Positions 21,007-29,110 of a stretch of DNA of 64,000 nucleotides are shown here, piece by piece. This DNA comes from an uncultured SAR86 cluster bacterium (GTDB taxonomy: Bacteria > Pseudomonadota > Gammaproteobacteria > Magnimaribacterales > AG-339-G14). The notes under the pieces are model-generated. The model had not been told where the DNA came from. It worked only from the letters and a program-made list of their open reading frames with translations, and did not search any database. A program made the position numbers and the translations under genes. The DNA is taken from the NCBI GenBank assembly GCA_902561325.1, contig CACEOL010000003.1, positions 15,805 through 79,804 of the forward strand. The letters run 5' to 3'. Position 1 is the first letter of the stretch; every line of letters starts with the position of its first letter.

Positions 21007-22224
21007 CTAAGAAGCAATTGCTTCATAAGCATTTGAAGCAATTCTGACTATTTCATCTATTTCTTCCTCGCCATGAGCTACCGATAAGAAATGATTGTGA
21101 TAGCTTGTTAGATACAGACCACGCGAAAGACATTCATCAGTCCATTGAATATGAAAATCTCTATTTTGGTCTTCAATTCTAAAGTAAGGCATTGATGGTA
21201 CACCAGTGACTTTCATTTTTAGTCCAAATTCGTCTGCGGCAGAAATCAAATCTTTCTTTAACTTTTCTCCATTAGTGTTCATTATTTCTATGGCATTTAC
21301 TTTTTGCAGTTCTTCTAATGTAGCTTTGGATGCAGCCATAGGAGCCGAATTAAAAAATTGTGTTCCGCTAAAATAAACTCTGTTTGCGGCATCTTTTAAA
21401 GAATCTTTACCAACTAGAGCAGAAATTGGATACCCATTAGCCATAGCCTTGCCTAAACAAACCAAATCTGGGCTGAACCCAAAAGCATTATGCGAGCCAT
21501 TAAGATCAATTCGAAATCCAGTTCTAACGTCATCAACTATGATAATAATATTATTTTCACTGCACTTTTTTTGAATATGTTCCCAATAACCATCATTAGG
21601 AAGAGAGTTATCCTTTGATGTTGGATGGTCATATGGACTTGAAATAAAACACGCGATTTCACTGCCAAAAGAAGAAATCATCTCATCAAATTCAGTGGTA
21701 CTGTTCCATTCAATTGAAAGAACTTCATCGCTATCTGAATCAATAACCCCTGGGTTATTGCTATTTTGCATCCAACCATTGGCTCCATGGTAACCATTTT
21801 TGATTTTAAGAATTTTTGATTTTCCGGTTTCTGCTCTCGCAACCATAACAGCTAATTGAGTGCTATCGCCTCCATTTTTTCCAAAAAGAGCCCAATCAGC
21901 GATATCGATCATATCTGTTAACGTTTCAGCCAGGTCTATCATTATCGGAGAAGCTACACTTACTGTATTTCCTAAATCGTATTGCAATCGTGCAGCTTGA
22001 TCTATTTTTGGATTGTTATAGCCAAGAATCATTGGGCCCCAGCCACAAATTAAATCTAAATACTTATTTCCATCTACATCCCAAAAATATGCATCTTTTG
22101 CTTTTGAAAAGAACTTAGGACCCTCTTCTCTAACCGCATACTTATAATGACCAAAAATTCCACCCGGAATTAATTCTTGTGCTTTGAGAAAGAGCTCATC
22201 AGATTTTTTTTGATTTAGTTTCAT
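21007..22224 (-). CDS. class-III PLP aminotransferase (glutamate-1-semialdehyde aminomutase-like)
   Basis: 405 aa. ELIPGG, DDVRTGFR and CLGKAMANG (PLP lysine) are typical of the class-III aminotransferase fold. Confidence 0.85.
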   Translation of the reverse strand: MKLNQKKSDELFLKAQELIPGGIFGHYKYAVREEGPKFFSKAKDAYFWDVDGNKYLDLICGWGPMILGYNNPKIDQAARLQYDLGNTVSVASPIMIDLAETLTDMIDIADWALFGKNGGDSTQLAVMVARAETGKSKILKIKNGYHGANGWMQNSNNPGVIDSDSDEVLSIEWNSTTEFDEMISSFGSEIACFISSPYDHPTSKDNSLPNDGYWEHIQKKCSENNIIIIVDDVRTGFRIDLNGSHNAFGFSPDLVCLGKAMANGYPISALVGKDSLKDAANRVYFSGTQFFNSAPMAASKATLEELQKVNAIEIMNTNGEKLKKDLISAADEFGLKMKVTGVPSMPYFRIEDQNRDFHIQWTDECLSRGLYLTSYHNHFLSVAHGEEEIDEIVRIASNAYEAIAS

Positions 22225-22293
22225 GAAAATTATCTTAATAAGTTTAAACTTGTCATAAGTATCAACAAGGTTGATATCTTCAAAGTATTCTAT

Positions 22294-22707
22294 TTATTTT
22301 TCTTCAGGTGATGTTGTAAAGTAGCATCCGTCAAACCAATTACTATATTCATTATCTAGTCGACACCACTTGCTTGGGCTAACAGATCCATAAGGACCGC
22401 CAAAAAAAGTCATGCTTTTAGATCTTTCCTTAACATCCATGGGTTCTACAAGACCTGAACAAAGTGTATCAGCAGTTTTAATTACATCTCCCATATCACC
22501 ATAAAATGAATAATCGTAATCAGATTTTGCTCTTGATTTTTCTAAACTTGCTGTGATGCAAATTGCACCTTTCTTATTTCCAGTATTCTCAAATGTGCAA
22601 GATACTACTCCATTGCCATTAACAGAGCAGTCATCCTCAATATTTACTTGTCCGCAAGAAATTAATAAAAAGAAGGGAGTTAAGAATAAAATAGTGAGTT
22701 TCTTCAT
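22294..22707 (-). CDS. cysteine-rich lipoprotein, function unknown
   Basis: 137 aa. Signal peptide with lipobox LISC, and six further Cys in the mature part. Confidence 0.55.
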   Translation of the reverse strand: MKKLTILFLTPFFLLISCGQVNIEDDCSVNGNGVVSCTFENTGNKKGAICITASLEKSRAKSDYDYSFYGDMGDVIKTADTLCSGLVEPMDVKERSKSMTFFGGPYGSVSPSKWCRLDNEYSNWFDGCYFTTSPEEK

Positions 22708-22806
22708 GTTAATTGCTTTGTTTTCATTAACGAAAATAAAATTAAGATTAACATAAAAAATTATTATTTAATCGAAAAAAGAGAAAGGTTTTTTTGGCTA
22801 GATCTG

Positions 22807-22897
22807 TGGCGGAGAGGGAGGGATTCGAACCCTCGATGCAGGATTACCACATACTCCCTTAGCAGGGGAGCGCTTTCAACCACTCAGCCACCTCTCC
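22807..22897 (-). tRNA. tRNA-Ser (anticodon GCU)
   Basis: The reverse complement folds with acceptor GGAGAGG/CCTCTCC, anticodon stem CTCCC/GGGAG with loop CTGCTAA, a long variable arm, T arm GAGGG-TTCGAAT-CCCTC, and an encoded CCA. 91 nt. Confidence 0.93.
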
Positions 22898-22904
22898 TCT
22901 TCTA

Positions 22905-24119
22905 TTACTTTTCAAGATTAAAAGCATCATGCAAAGACTTTACTGCCTCATGTGCAAGATCCTCTTTAACCACAACAGAAATTTTTATTTCAGAAGTTGA
23001 AATCATTTCAATATTTATATTTTTTTCAGCTAAAGTTTTGAACATAGTAGCTGCAACTCCAGCATGCGATTTCATCCCAACTCCAACCAAAGAAACTTTA
23101 CTGATGTCTTCATTCAACTCAATTTCTCCACCTCCAAATTCTTTAGATAAATTAGAAAGAATTTTTTTTGTTTCTTGAGATTTTTCGCGTTTTACCGTGA
23201 AAGTAAAATCTGTAGTTTTATCTTCAGAAACGTTTTGAATAATAATATCCACTTCAATTCCTTTTGAGCTTATGGGGTCTAAAATCTTTGCCGCAATACC
23301 TGGAATATCGGGTACTTTTCTAATAGTTAACTTAGCATCATCGCTAGTATGCGTTACTCCAGAAATTAAAGCATCTTCCATATTTTCTTCTCCGTTGATA
23401 AGTGTTCCTTCTTCATTAGTAAAGCTAGATTTTACCCTTATTGGCATATTATATTTACTAGCAAATTCCACAGATCTAATTTGCAAAACTTTAGCTCCTA
23501 AACTTGATAATTCCAACATTTCTTCAAAAGTTAATTTATCTATCTTTTTAGCTTTTTCATAAACATTAGGGTCAGTTGTATATACACCATCCACATCAGT
23601 GTATATCTGACATTCTTCTGCTTCCAAAGCAACAGCTAAAGCAACTGCTGAAGTATCAGAGCCACCTCTTCCTAGCGTAGTAATGTCTCCTTCTTTATTG
23701 ATTCCTTGAAAACCTGTTATGACAGGAGTTATATCTTCAGATATATCTTTTAGAATGTTTTTTGTATCTATCGAATTAATTCTAGCTTTTCCATGATAGT
23801 CATCTGTTCTGAGGCCAAGTTGAAAAGCAGTATAAGATTTTGAATTAACTTTTTCATTTCTCAATGTCATAGCTAATAAAGCTACTGACACTTGCTCGCC
23901 TGAAGAAATCAATGCGTCGTATTCTCTAGGATCAGGAGTTTCCTGAACTTCATTTGCTAAATCAATCAATCTTTGGGTTTCACCTGCCATGGCTGATACA
24001 ACGGCAACAACTTTTTTTCCTTTTTTAGATGTATCTTTGATAATTTTCGCTACTGCTTTGAATCTGTCAGTATCAGCAAGTGAAGTTCCACCAAATTTTT
24101 GGACAACTATATTAGACAT
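22905..24119 (-). CDS. lysC: aspartate kinase
   Basis: 404 aa. KFGGTSL kinase motif and C-terminal ACT repeats. Follows alaS, as in Pseudomonas. Confidence 0.93.
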   Translation of the reverse strand: MSNIVVQKFGGTSLADTDRFKAVAKIIKDTSKKGKKVVAVVSAMAGETQRLIDLANEVQETPDPREYDALISSGEQVSVALLAMTLRNEKVNSKSYTAFQLGLRTDDYHGKARINSIDTKNILKDISEDITPVITGFQGINKEGDITTLGRGGSDTSAVALAVALEAEECQIYTDVDGVYTTDPNVYEKAKKIDKLTFEEMLELSSLGAKVLQIRSVEFASKYNMPIRVKSSFTNEEGTLINGEENMEDALISGVTHTSDDAKLTIRKVPDIPGIAAKILDPISSKGIEVDIIIQNVSEDKTTDFTFTVKREKSQETKKILSNLSKEFGGGEIELNEDISKVSLVGVGMKSHAGVAATMFKTLAEKNINIEMISTSEIKISVVVKEDLAHEAVKSLHDAFNLEK

Positions 24120-24127
24120 TGGTATTT

Positions 24128-26719
24128 TTAAATCTCAGTTAGAATTTTCTCAGCAGAAATTAATATTTCATCAAGTTTATTTGAAGCTGGTCCACCTGCT
24201 TGTGCAAAGTCTGGCTTTCCTCCTCCTTTCGCTCCTATAATTTTGGAAAGCGAGTCTAGCAAATTTCTTGCATCATAAGTAGTAGTAATATCATTTGATA
24301 CTGAAACCAATATTGTTGATTTTTCTTCCATAGATCCAACGAGAATAATGATTAAATTGCTTACTTCATTTTTTAGACTGTCTAAACTACCTCTTAGTTT
24401 AGATAAATTGAGATTATCTATTCTCTTTAAAATTATATTTATCTTACCAACAGTCTTATAGCTGCCTTTTAAATCATCTAATAAATTCCAATGGATCTTT
24501 TGTTCGAATTTTTTTAAATCTTCTTTATAAGAATTAACTATTTTAATTTTTTCTTTCAAAAATATGGGCAAATCTTTGACCGAAACATTAAAAGTCTCTG
24601 CCGTATTAAGTAAGTCAGTTTTATTGTCAGCCTTATCCTTGATTGCAAGATCGCCAGAAATAGCTTCTATTCTTCTTACTCCAGCAGAAATACTTGTTTC
24701 TGAGATTATTTTAAAACTTTTGATTTCTGAACTATTTTTTACATGAGTTCCGCCACACAACTCGGTGGAGTAATCTCCTGCTATTTTTAAAACTCTCACT
24801 TGATCGCCATACTTTTCTCCAAAAAAGGCTATTGCTCCAAGTTTTTGAGATTCTTCAATTGAGGTTTCAATAATTTGTGTATCCTCAGCAGATGTTATTG
24901 CTTGATTGACTTCTTGCTCGATCTTTGTGATTTCAGATTCTGAAAGTTTTTGTTTGTGTGAAAAATCAAACCTTAACTTCTCCTCATTTACCAAAGAGCC
25001 TTTTTGTTGAACGTGTTCGCCTAAAATATTTCTCAAAGCAGAGTGCATAAGATGTGTTGCTGAATGATTGGAAACAATTGCCCTTCTTCTTTCTGTGTTT
25101 ATCTCAGCTTTAACTCTGTCATTAAGATTTATTGAGCCTTTTTTTATCTTACTTATGTGTAGGTGAAAATTTCCTATCTTCTGAGTATCTAATACTTCAA
25201 TCTCTAGACCCTTTGCACTCAGTTTTCCTTTATCACCAACTTGACCTCCAGATTCTCCATAAAAGGGAGTTGAATCAAGCACTATCATGCATTCCCCGTC
25301 TGAGGCAGATTTAACTTCTTTACCATCTTTGAAAATTAGTTTAATTTCAGATTCAATCGAACTATCTTCGTAGCCGACAAATTTTGTCTCATCATCTAAA
25401 TCAATTGCAGCAGGCAAGAGGGCCACAAATTTACTTTCTTTTTTTGCGTTTGCTCTTTGCGCTGCCATGAGCTTTTCATAGCCGGAAAGATCCAAGCTAA
25501 GGTCGTTTTCCTGTGCCAAATCTCTAGTCAGGTCAACTGGAAATCCATAGGTATCATAAAGTTTAAAAATCAGCTCTCCAGATAAAGTCGTATTTTTTGA
25601 GTCTTTAATTTCTTCCTCAAGAAGTCTCATTCCCTGTTTTAAAGTTTCTCTAAATTGATCTTCTTCGGATTTAAGTTCCTCCAAAATAACAGTCTTATTT
25701 TTTTTGATATCCGGATAGGTTTCTAATAAAGATTCGCCAAGCGTGTCAAAAATATCCGAAAAAGAAAAATCTTTTTCATTATTTATTTTGTAGGCATGAG
25801 TAAGAGCTCTTCTTATGATTCTTCTTAAAACATATCCTCTTCCTTCATTGCTTGGGTTCACGCCATCAGAAATTAGAAAGACAGATGATCTAAGATGGTC
25901 TGCTATAACTCTTAATGATGGATTCAAAAGATTTTTTTCATTTAATGTTTCGGCAATTGATTCAATAATGTTATTAAAAATATCCGTTTTATAATTATCG
26001 CTAGTTTTTTGCAATACTGCTGTGATTCTTTCCAAGCCCATTCCTGTGTCAACACATTGCTTAGGAAGATTGGAAAGTTTGCCATTGTGATCTCGGTTAT
26101 ATTGCATAAAAACCAAGTTATAGATCTCCACAAACCTTTCGCCAGTGTCTACACCTTCTTGTGGAGCTTCTCCCGGAAGATTTTCACCGTGATCATAAAA
26201 TATTTCTGAACAAGGGCCACATGGACCTGTATCTCCCATGGACCAGAAATTGTCTTCGCTAAGTCTTGAGAGTCTTTCAGCAGGAAACTTTATTTTTTTA
26301 AGCCAAATGTCTTCTGACTCTTTGTCATCAACATGCACTGTTACCCAAAGTTTATCTTTATCAAGTTTAAATTTTTCTGTGAGGAGTTCCCAGGCTAACT
26401 CAATTGCTTGCTCTTTAAAGTAGTCCCCAAAACTAAAATTTCCAAGCATTTCAAAGAAAGTATGATGTCTGAGAGTAAAACCAACATTATCTAAGTCGTT
26501 ATGCTTTCCCCCAGCTCTCACACATTTTTGAGATGAAGTTGCTTTATCAAAATTTACTTTCTCAGTACCAAGGAATACATCTTTAAACTGATTCATCCCA
26601 GAGTTGGAAAACATTAAGGTGGGGTCATTGATGGGAACAAGGCTGGAACTCGCTACTTCTTTGTGCCCCTTCTGAACAAAAAAATCTAAGAAAGTCTTTC
26701 TTACTTCAGATGACTTCAC
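24128..26719 (-). CDS. alaS: alanine--tRNA ligase
   Basis: 863 aa. RHHTFFEMLGNFSFGDYFK and the editing-domain motif HSATHLMH. Confidence 0.97.
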   Translation of the reverse strand: MKSSEVRKTFLDFFVQKGHKEVASSSLVPINDPTLMFSNSGMNQFKDVFLGTEKVNFDKATSSQKCVRAGGKHNDLDNVGFTLRHHTFFEMLGNFSFGDYFKEQAIELAWELLTEKFKLDKDKLWVTVHVDDKESEDIWLKKIKFPAERLSRLSEDNFWSMGDTGPCGPCSEIFYDHGENLPGEAPQEGVDTGERFVEIYNLVFMQYNRDHNGKLSNLPKQCVDTGMGLERITAVLQKTSDNYKTDIFNNIIESIAETLNEKNLLNPSLRVIADHLRSSVFLISDGVNPSNEGRGYVLRRIIRRALTHAYKINNEKDFSFSDIFDTLGESLLETYPDIKKNKTVILEELKSEEDQFRETLKQGMRLLEEEIKDSKNTTLSGELIFKLYDTYGFPVDLTRDLAQENDLSLDLSGYEKLMAAQRANAKKESKFVALLPAAIDLDDETKFVGYEDSSIESEIKLIFKDGKEVKSASDGECMIVLDSTPFYGESGGQVGDKGKLSAKGLEIEVLDTQKIGNFHLHISKIKKGSINLNDRVKAEINTERRRAIVSNHSATHLMHSALRNILGEHVQQKGSLVNEEKLRFDFSHKQKLSESEITKIEQEVNQAITSAEDTQIIETSIEESQKLGAIAFFGEKYGDQVRVLKIAGDYSTELCGGTHVKNSSEIKSFKIISETSISAGVRRIEAISGDLAIKDKADNKTDLLNTAETFNVSVKDLPIFLKEKIKIVNSYKEDLKKFEQKIHWNLLDDLKGSYKTVGKINIILKRIDNLNLSKLRGSLDSLKNEVSNLIIILVGSMEEKSTILVSVSNDITTTYDARNLLDSLSKIIGAKGGGKPDFAQAGGPASNKLDEILISAEKILTEI

Positions 26720-26724
26720 GTTAT

Positions 26725-27435
26725 TTAACTAAAAATTTCTGATAAAAAATCTTTAAAGATTTTCCAGGATCTCTGATCGGCATCTTGCGAATAAACCGTT
26801 CCGAAACTTGGATCATTGGCATTAGGATTTGTAAAAGCATGCATGGCATTTCCAAAAGAATGTAATTGCCAATCAACACTTTTTTTATTCATTTCCTCAG
26901 AAAAAGAGTCTATTTGGTCTTGGCCTACCATAGGATCTAAATGGCCATGAAGGACTAATAGTTTTGCGCTAATATCTTTATCTTCAAGGTCTTCAGAACC
27001 AGACAAAAAACCATGAAAACTTACGGCCCCTTTTAAATCCACTCCACTTCTGGCAAGGTCTAGAGAAACTAAGCCGCCAAAACAGTATCCCATAATCGCA
27101 ATGTTTGAAGTATCTACTCCCTCAAGTTTTTTTGCTGCCTCATATGCGCCAACAATAATCTGAGACAAATTTTTTCTATCATCTAACAAAGGTTGCATCA
27201 TAGATTGATTCTCCTCATTAGATTCACCAACCTTTCCGTCTCCGTACATGTCAATAGCAAACGCATTATATCCATCTTCAGCAAGCTTATTTGCTATGCC
27301 TTCAACAAATCCATCTCTTCCTGCCCAAGTGTGAGCGATAAGAACACATGGAGCGTTTTTAGCCTCTGGCTTTACATGTAAACCCTCAAATGTCTTAGAA
27401 TTTACTTCATATGATACAAGTTTGGTATTCATCAA
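26725..27435 (-). CDS. dienelactone hydrolase family protein
   Basis: 236-aa alpha/beta hydrolase with the nucleophile elbow GYCFGG. Confidence 0.78.
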   Translation of the reverse strand: MMNTKLVSYEVNSKTFEGLHVKPEAKNAPCVLIAHTWAGRDGFVEGIANKLAEDGYNAFAIDMYGDGKVGESNEENQSMMQPLLDDRKNLSQIIVGAYEAAKKLEGVDTSNIAIMGYCFGGLVSLDLARSGVDLKGAVSFHGFLSGSEDLEDKDISAKLLVLHGHLDPMVGQDQIDSFSEEMNKKSVDWQLHSFGNAMHAFTNPNANDPSFGTVYSQDADQRSWKIFKDFLSEIFS

Positions 27436-27956
27436 TTTTCCTCCTTTAAACCTGACTTAAATCTTTTTCCATTTTCAACATAATGTTCTGCTGAGCCTTT
27501 CAAAATAATCTTTAAATTCTCATCAACCTCTTTCTTAACCTTTCCTGGAGATCCCATAACAAGCGAATTGTCTGGAATTTTTGTTCCCTCTGTGAGAAGA
27601 GTATTTGCACCAATCAAACAATTATTTCCAATTTCTACATTGTTCAAGATAACTGAATTAATACCAATTAATGAATTGTTTCCAATAGTGCAACCATGAA
27701 GCATGACTTTATGGCCTACTGTGACATTTTCTCCAATGATAATTGGACTTCCAGGATCAACATGCAAAACCGATAAATCCTGAATGTTTGAACCTTTGCC
27801 AATGATTATTTTTTCTACATCACCTCTGATTACCGCTCCAAACCAAACGCTTACATCCTCTCCCAGCTCAACCTGACCCAGAACAGTAGCATTTGGAGCA
27901 ATATAGAAATTATCTCCTACTGTTTTAACTCTATGCTGGTCTAAAGTATAAATCAT
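27432..27956 (-). CDS. gamma-carbonic-anhydrase-like hexapeptide-repeat protein (YrdA/PaaY family)
   Basis: 174 aa with left-handed beta-helix hexapeptide repeats throughout. Confidence 0.85.
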   Translation of the reverse strand: MIYTLDQHRVKTVGDNFYIAPNATVLGQVELGEDVSVWFGAVIRGDVEKIIIGKGSNIQDLSVLHVDPGSPIIIGENVTVGHKVMLHGCTIGNNSLIGINSVILNNVEIGNNCLIGANTLLTEGTKIPDNSLVMGSPGKVKKEVDENLKIILKGSAEHYVENGKRFKSGLKEEN

Positions 27957-28518
27957 CTATATCAATATCTATTTCCACTAACTCCAGAAATTGTAATGTA
28001 AAACCTAAAGTTAATCCCCAAATTTTATGCTTTTCATAATTTATTACTGGAGTCTCAAAAGTTTCACCACTTGCATTGGTTATTTTGTTTGATATCAAAG
28101 GATTTTCTCTGAGATAGTTTAAAGGAACAGAAAAAATCGTTTCTACCTCTTTAGGATCTTTTTTAAATTTTAACCTTCCAGCCGCATAACCTACATAAGG
28201 CGTGACACTTATTCCAAATCTAGATTCTTGAGGATCCATCCGACCAAGTATTCTAATTGAGCTAGGTTCAACTCCAATCTCTTCATGTGTTTCCCTTAAA
28301 ACAGTTTCGATTAGGTTTCTATCCTCTTCTTCTTTTTTTCCTCCTGGGAATGCTACTTCCCCTGCATGGGAAGGTAATTTTTTAGATCTTTCAGTAAAAA
28401 CGATTGAATAGTCATTCTCATTATCAGTTATTAAAATTAATACTGCTGCTTGAGGTAATTTTCCATCCGACTGCTTCGGACTCAAGTCATTTAGTCTTTT
28501 TTCTATGAAAGGGATCAT
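27931..28518 (-). CDS. NUDIX hydrolase, CoA pyrophosphatase-like
   Basis: 195 aa. Nudix box GGKKEEEDRNLIETVLRETHEEIG, preceded by FTERSKKLPSHAGEVAFPGG, which is typical of the CoA-pyrophosphatase subgroup. Confidence 0.75.
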   Translation of the reverse strand: MIPFIEKRLNDLSPKQSDGKLPQAAVLILITDNENDYSIVFTERSKKLPSHAGEVAFPGGKKEEEDRNLIETVLRETHEEIGVEPSSIRILGRMDPQESRFGISVTPYVGYAAGRLKFKKDPKEVETIFSVPLNYLRENPLISNKITNASGETFETPVINYEKHKIWGLTLGFTLQFLELVEIDIDIDDLYFRPA

Positions 28519-28575
28519 TATGTTAATAAAAGGTATTGAATTATACTTGCTTACTTAATTTAAGCAGGAAAAACT

Positions 28576-29109
28576 TTGAAATTTTGTACCCAATGCGGTG
28601 GTCCCGTATCTAAAAAGATTCCCCAAGATGACAATCGAGAAAGATATGTTTGCGATGATTGTGGATTTATTCACTATCATAATCCAAATGCAGTCGTAGG
28701 AACTTTGCCCTACTGTGGAGATAAAGTTCTTTTATGTAAAAGAGGTATAGAACCAAGAAAAGGTTTATGGACCTTACCTGCTGGTTTTTTGGAATTGGGA
28801 GAAACTTTACAAGAAGGAGCTTTAAGGGAAACCAAAGAAGAAACCAATTCAACTGTAAAAATAGATGATATTTATTTTATGTTTGATATTCCTCAAATTG
28901 GACAATTTTATGTTCTTTATAAAGCTTCTATAGAAGAAAATTCTTATTCACCAACAACGGAAAGTCTTGAAGTTGAATTGTTTTCCTATGATGAAATACC
29001 TTGGGATGATTTAGCCTTCCCTTTTGTACCCATTGCTCTAGAACAATTTTATGAAGATTTAAATGAGGGCTATTTTCCTCTAAGGATTAGAGAGTTAATA
29101 AAGAAATAG
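28576..29109 (+). CDS. NUDIX hydrolase with N-terminal zinc ribbon
   Basis: 177 aa. TTG start with AGGA 6 nt upstream. CTQCGG...CDDCG forms the zinc ribbon, and the Nudix box is GFLELGETLQEGALRETKEETN. Confidence 0.8.
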   Translation: MKFCTQCGGPVSKKIPQDDNRERYVCDDCGFIHYHNPNAVVGTLPYCGDKVLLCKRGIEPRKGLWTLPAGFLELGETLQEGALRETKEETNSTVKIDDIYFMFDIPQIGQFYVLYKASIEENSYSPTTESLEVELFSYDEIPWDDLAFPFVPIALEQFYEDLNEGYFPLRIRELIKK

Positions 29110-29110
29110 T

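Noticed and set aside
22260-22276. A hairpin TATCAAC-AAG-GTTGATA lies between the lipoprotein gene and the aminotransferase gene.
   Set aside because: The stem is 7 bp and AT-rich with a 3-nt loop and no U tract on the transcribed strand. It is not credible as a terminator.
22708-22806. A 99-nt spacer lies downstream of tRNA-Ser and upstream of the lipoprotein gene. It contains an A7/T6 inverted run (CCAAAAAAACCTTTCTCTTTTTTCG). It was considered as a terminator or small RNA.
   Set aside because: Only A-T pairs are possible and there is no GC-containing stem. It is too short and featureless to call an RNA gene.
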